NCBI GenBank assembly: GCA_046331705.1
Contig: JAXLQJ010000052.1
Coordinates: 1-49,671, forward strand
Reading direction: 5' to 3'
DNA: 49,671 bases
From: a bacterium
GTDB taxonomy: Bacteria; JADJOY01
Shown here: positions 49,062 through 49,671 of the stretch, piece after piece
Layout of the letters: each line of letters begins with the position of its first letter
Position numbering within the stretch: the first letter of the stretch is position 1
Notes under the pieces: model-generated
Told to the model about the DNA's origin: nothing
The model's input: the letters and a program-made list of their open reading frames with translations, nothing else
The model's database searches: none
Program-made: the position numbers and the translations under genes

Positions 49062-49671
49062 ATGCCGCGCCCGATTCGATGGCTACAGCCGCGCACTCGC
49101 TGGTTCGTTACGTCCCGTGCGCTCGAGGCGCGCTTTCTCTTGGTTCCGAGCGTCGCCCTCAACCAGCGTGTGGGCTTCTGGCTCGGCCGTGCCTTGAAGC
49201 GCTTTCCCGGAATTCGAGCGCACGGGCTCTACGTCGCCTCCAATCACGTCCACGCCGTCGTGACCGACCGCGACGGTTCTCTCAGTGCCTTCTGCGGCTA
49301 CTTCTTCGGCAAGCTCGCCAAGGACGTCAACGCGCTGCGGGAGCGGCGCGGGCCGGTCTTTCATCGGCGCTTCTCCGCCGAGCCCATCCTCGACGACGAA
49401 GCCGTCGCGGAGCGCATCGCCTACCTCGTCTGCAATCCGATCGAGGATCGACTGTGTGAGGACTGGCGCGAATGGCCCGGCGTCTTGCTCTGGAGCCAGA
49501 GCCGCAAGCCCGAGACGTTCTCGTTTCGCCGGCTCAACGAGACGGCCTACGAGATCGCCAGGGCGCACGCCGAGCGCGACGGCAAGAAGGTGAAGCAGGA
49601 GGACTTCTTCGAGGAGGAGATCGTCACGATCTCCCCCGTGGACGATGGAGACGGAGGAGTCCTCGATCCGA
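49062..49671 (+). mobile_element. HUH Y1 transposase (RAYT / IS200-like), cut off by the window end
   Basis: Manual translation MPRPIRW...FVTSR...SNHVHAVV (HUH)...GPVFHRRF...IAYLVCNP (catalytic Tyr)...WPG; open to the window end and absent from the ORF track. Confidence 0.85.

Overview
A very GC-rich, gene-dense bacterial window with about 41 plausible genes. A MYXO-CTERM-like tail and several sigma-54 signals suggest Myxococcota or a related deltaproteobacterial lineage, but this is inference only. I found no rRNA, tRNA or CRISPR array. From left to right it holds: (1) a minus-strand sigma-54 unit encoding a GAF-PAS-AAA+ activator, MddA-type methanethiol S-methyltransferase, an ArsM-like methyltransferase lacking two arsenic-binding Cys, a small membrane protein and a GFA protein; (2) an SDR plus a TolC/MFP/RND efflux pump; (3) a GH92 mannosidase; (4) an islet with a DUF222-HNH gene that looks leaderless and SOS-boxed, a Uma2 nuclease and a frameshifted GHKL ATPase; (5) an AphA-type phosphatase carrying ten Pro-Cys/His repeats, a GH18-like protein, YkgJ, VIT1 and a MacB/LolCDE-like ABC pair; (6) secreted FG-GAP and GH-like proteins, an LNS2/HAD protein, maiA, and TetR plus desaturase with a long operator palindrome; (7) a translationally coupled rsgA-hydrolase-oxidase-SDR operon; (8) an EF-hand protein, hemerythrin, esterase, beta-propeller, M14 peptidase, DsbA, a 913-aa CxxCH lipoprotein and a metallophosphoesterase; (9) a truncated HUH/RAYT-type transposase missing from the ORF track. 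The best candidate for an undescribed system is the sigma-54-controlled thiol/chalcogen methylation cluster at 41-4926. All calls come from reading motifs by eye; no database search was run.
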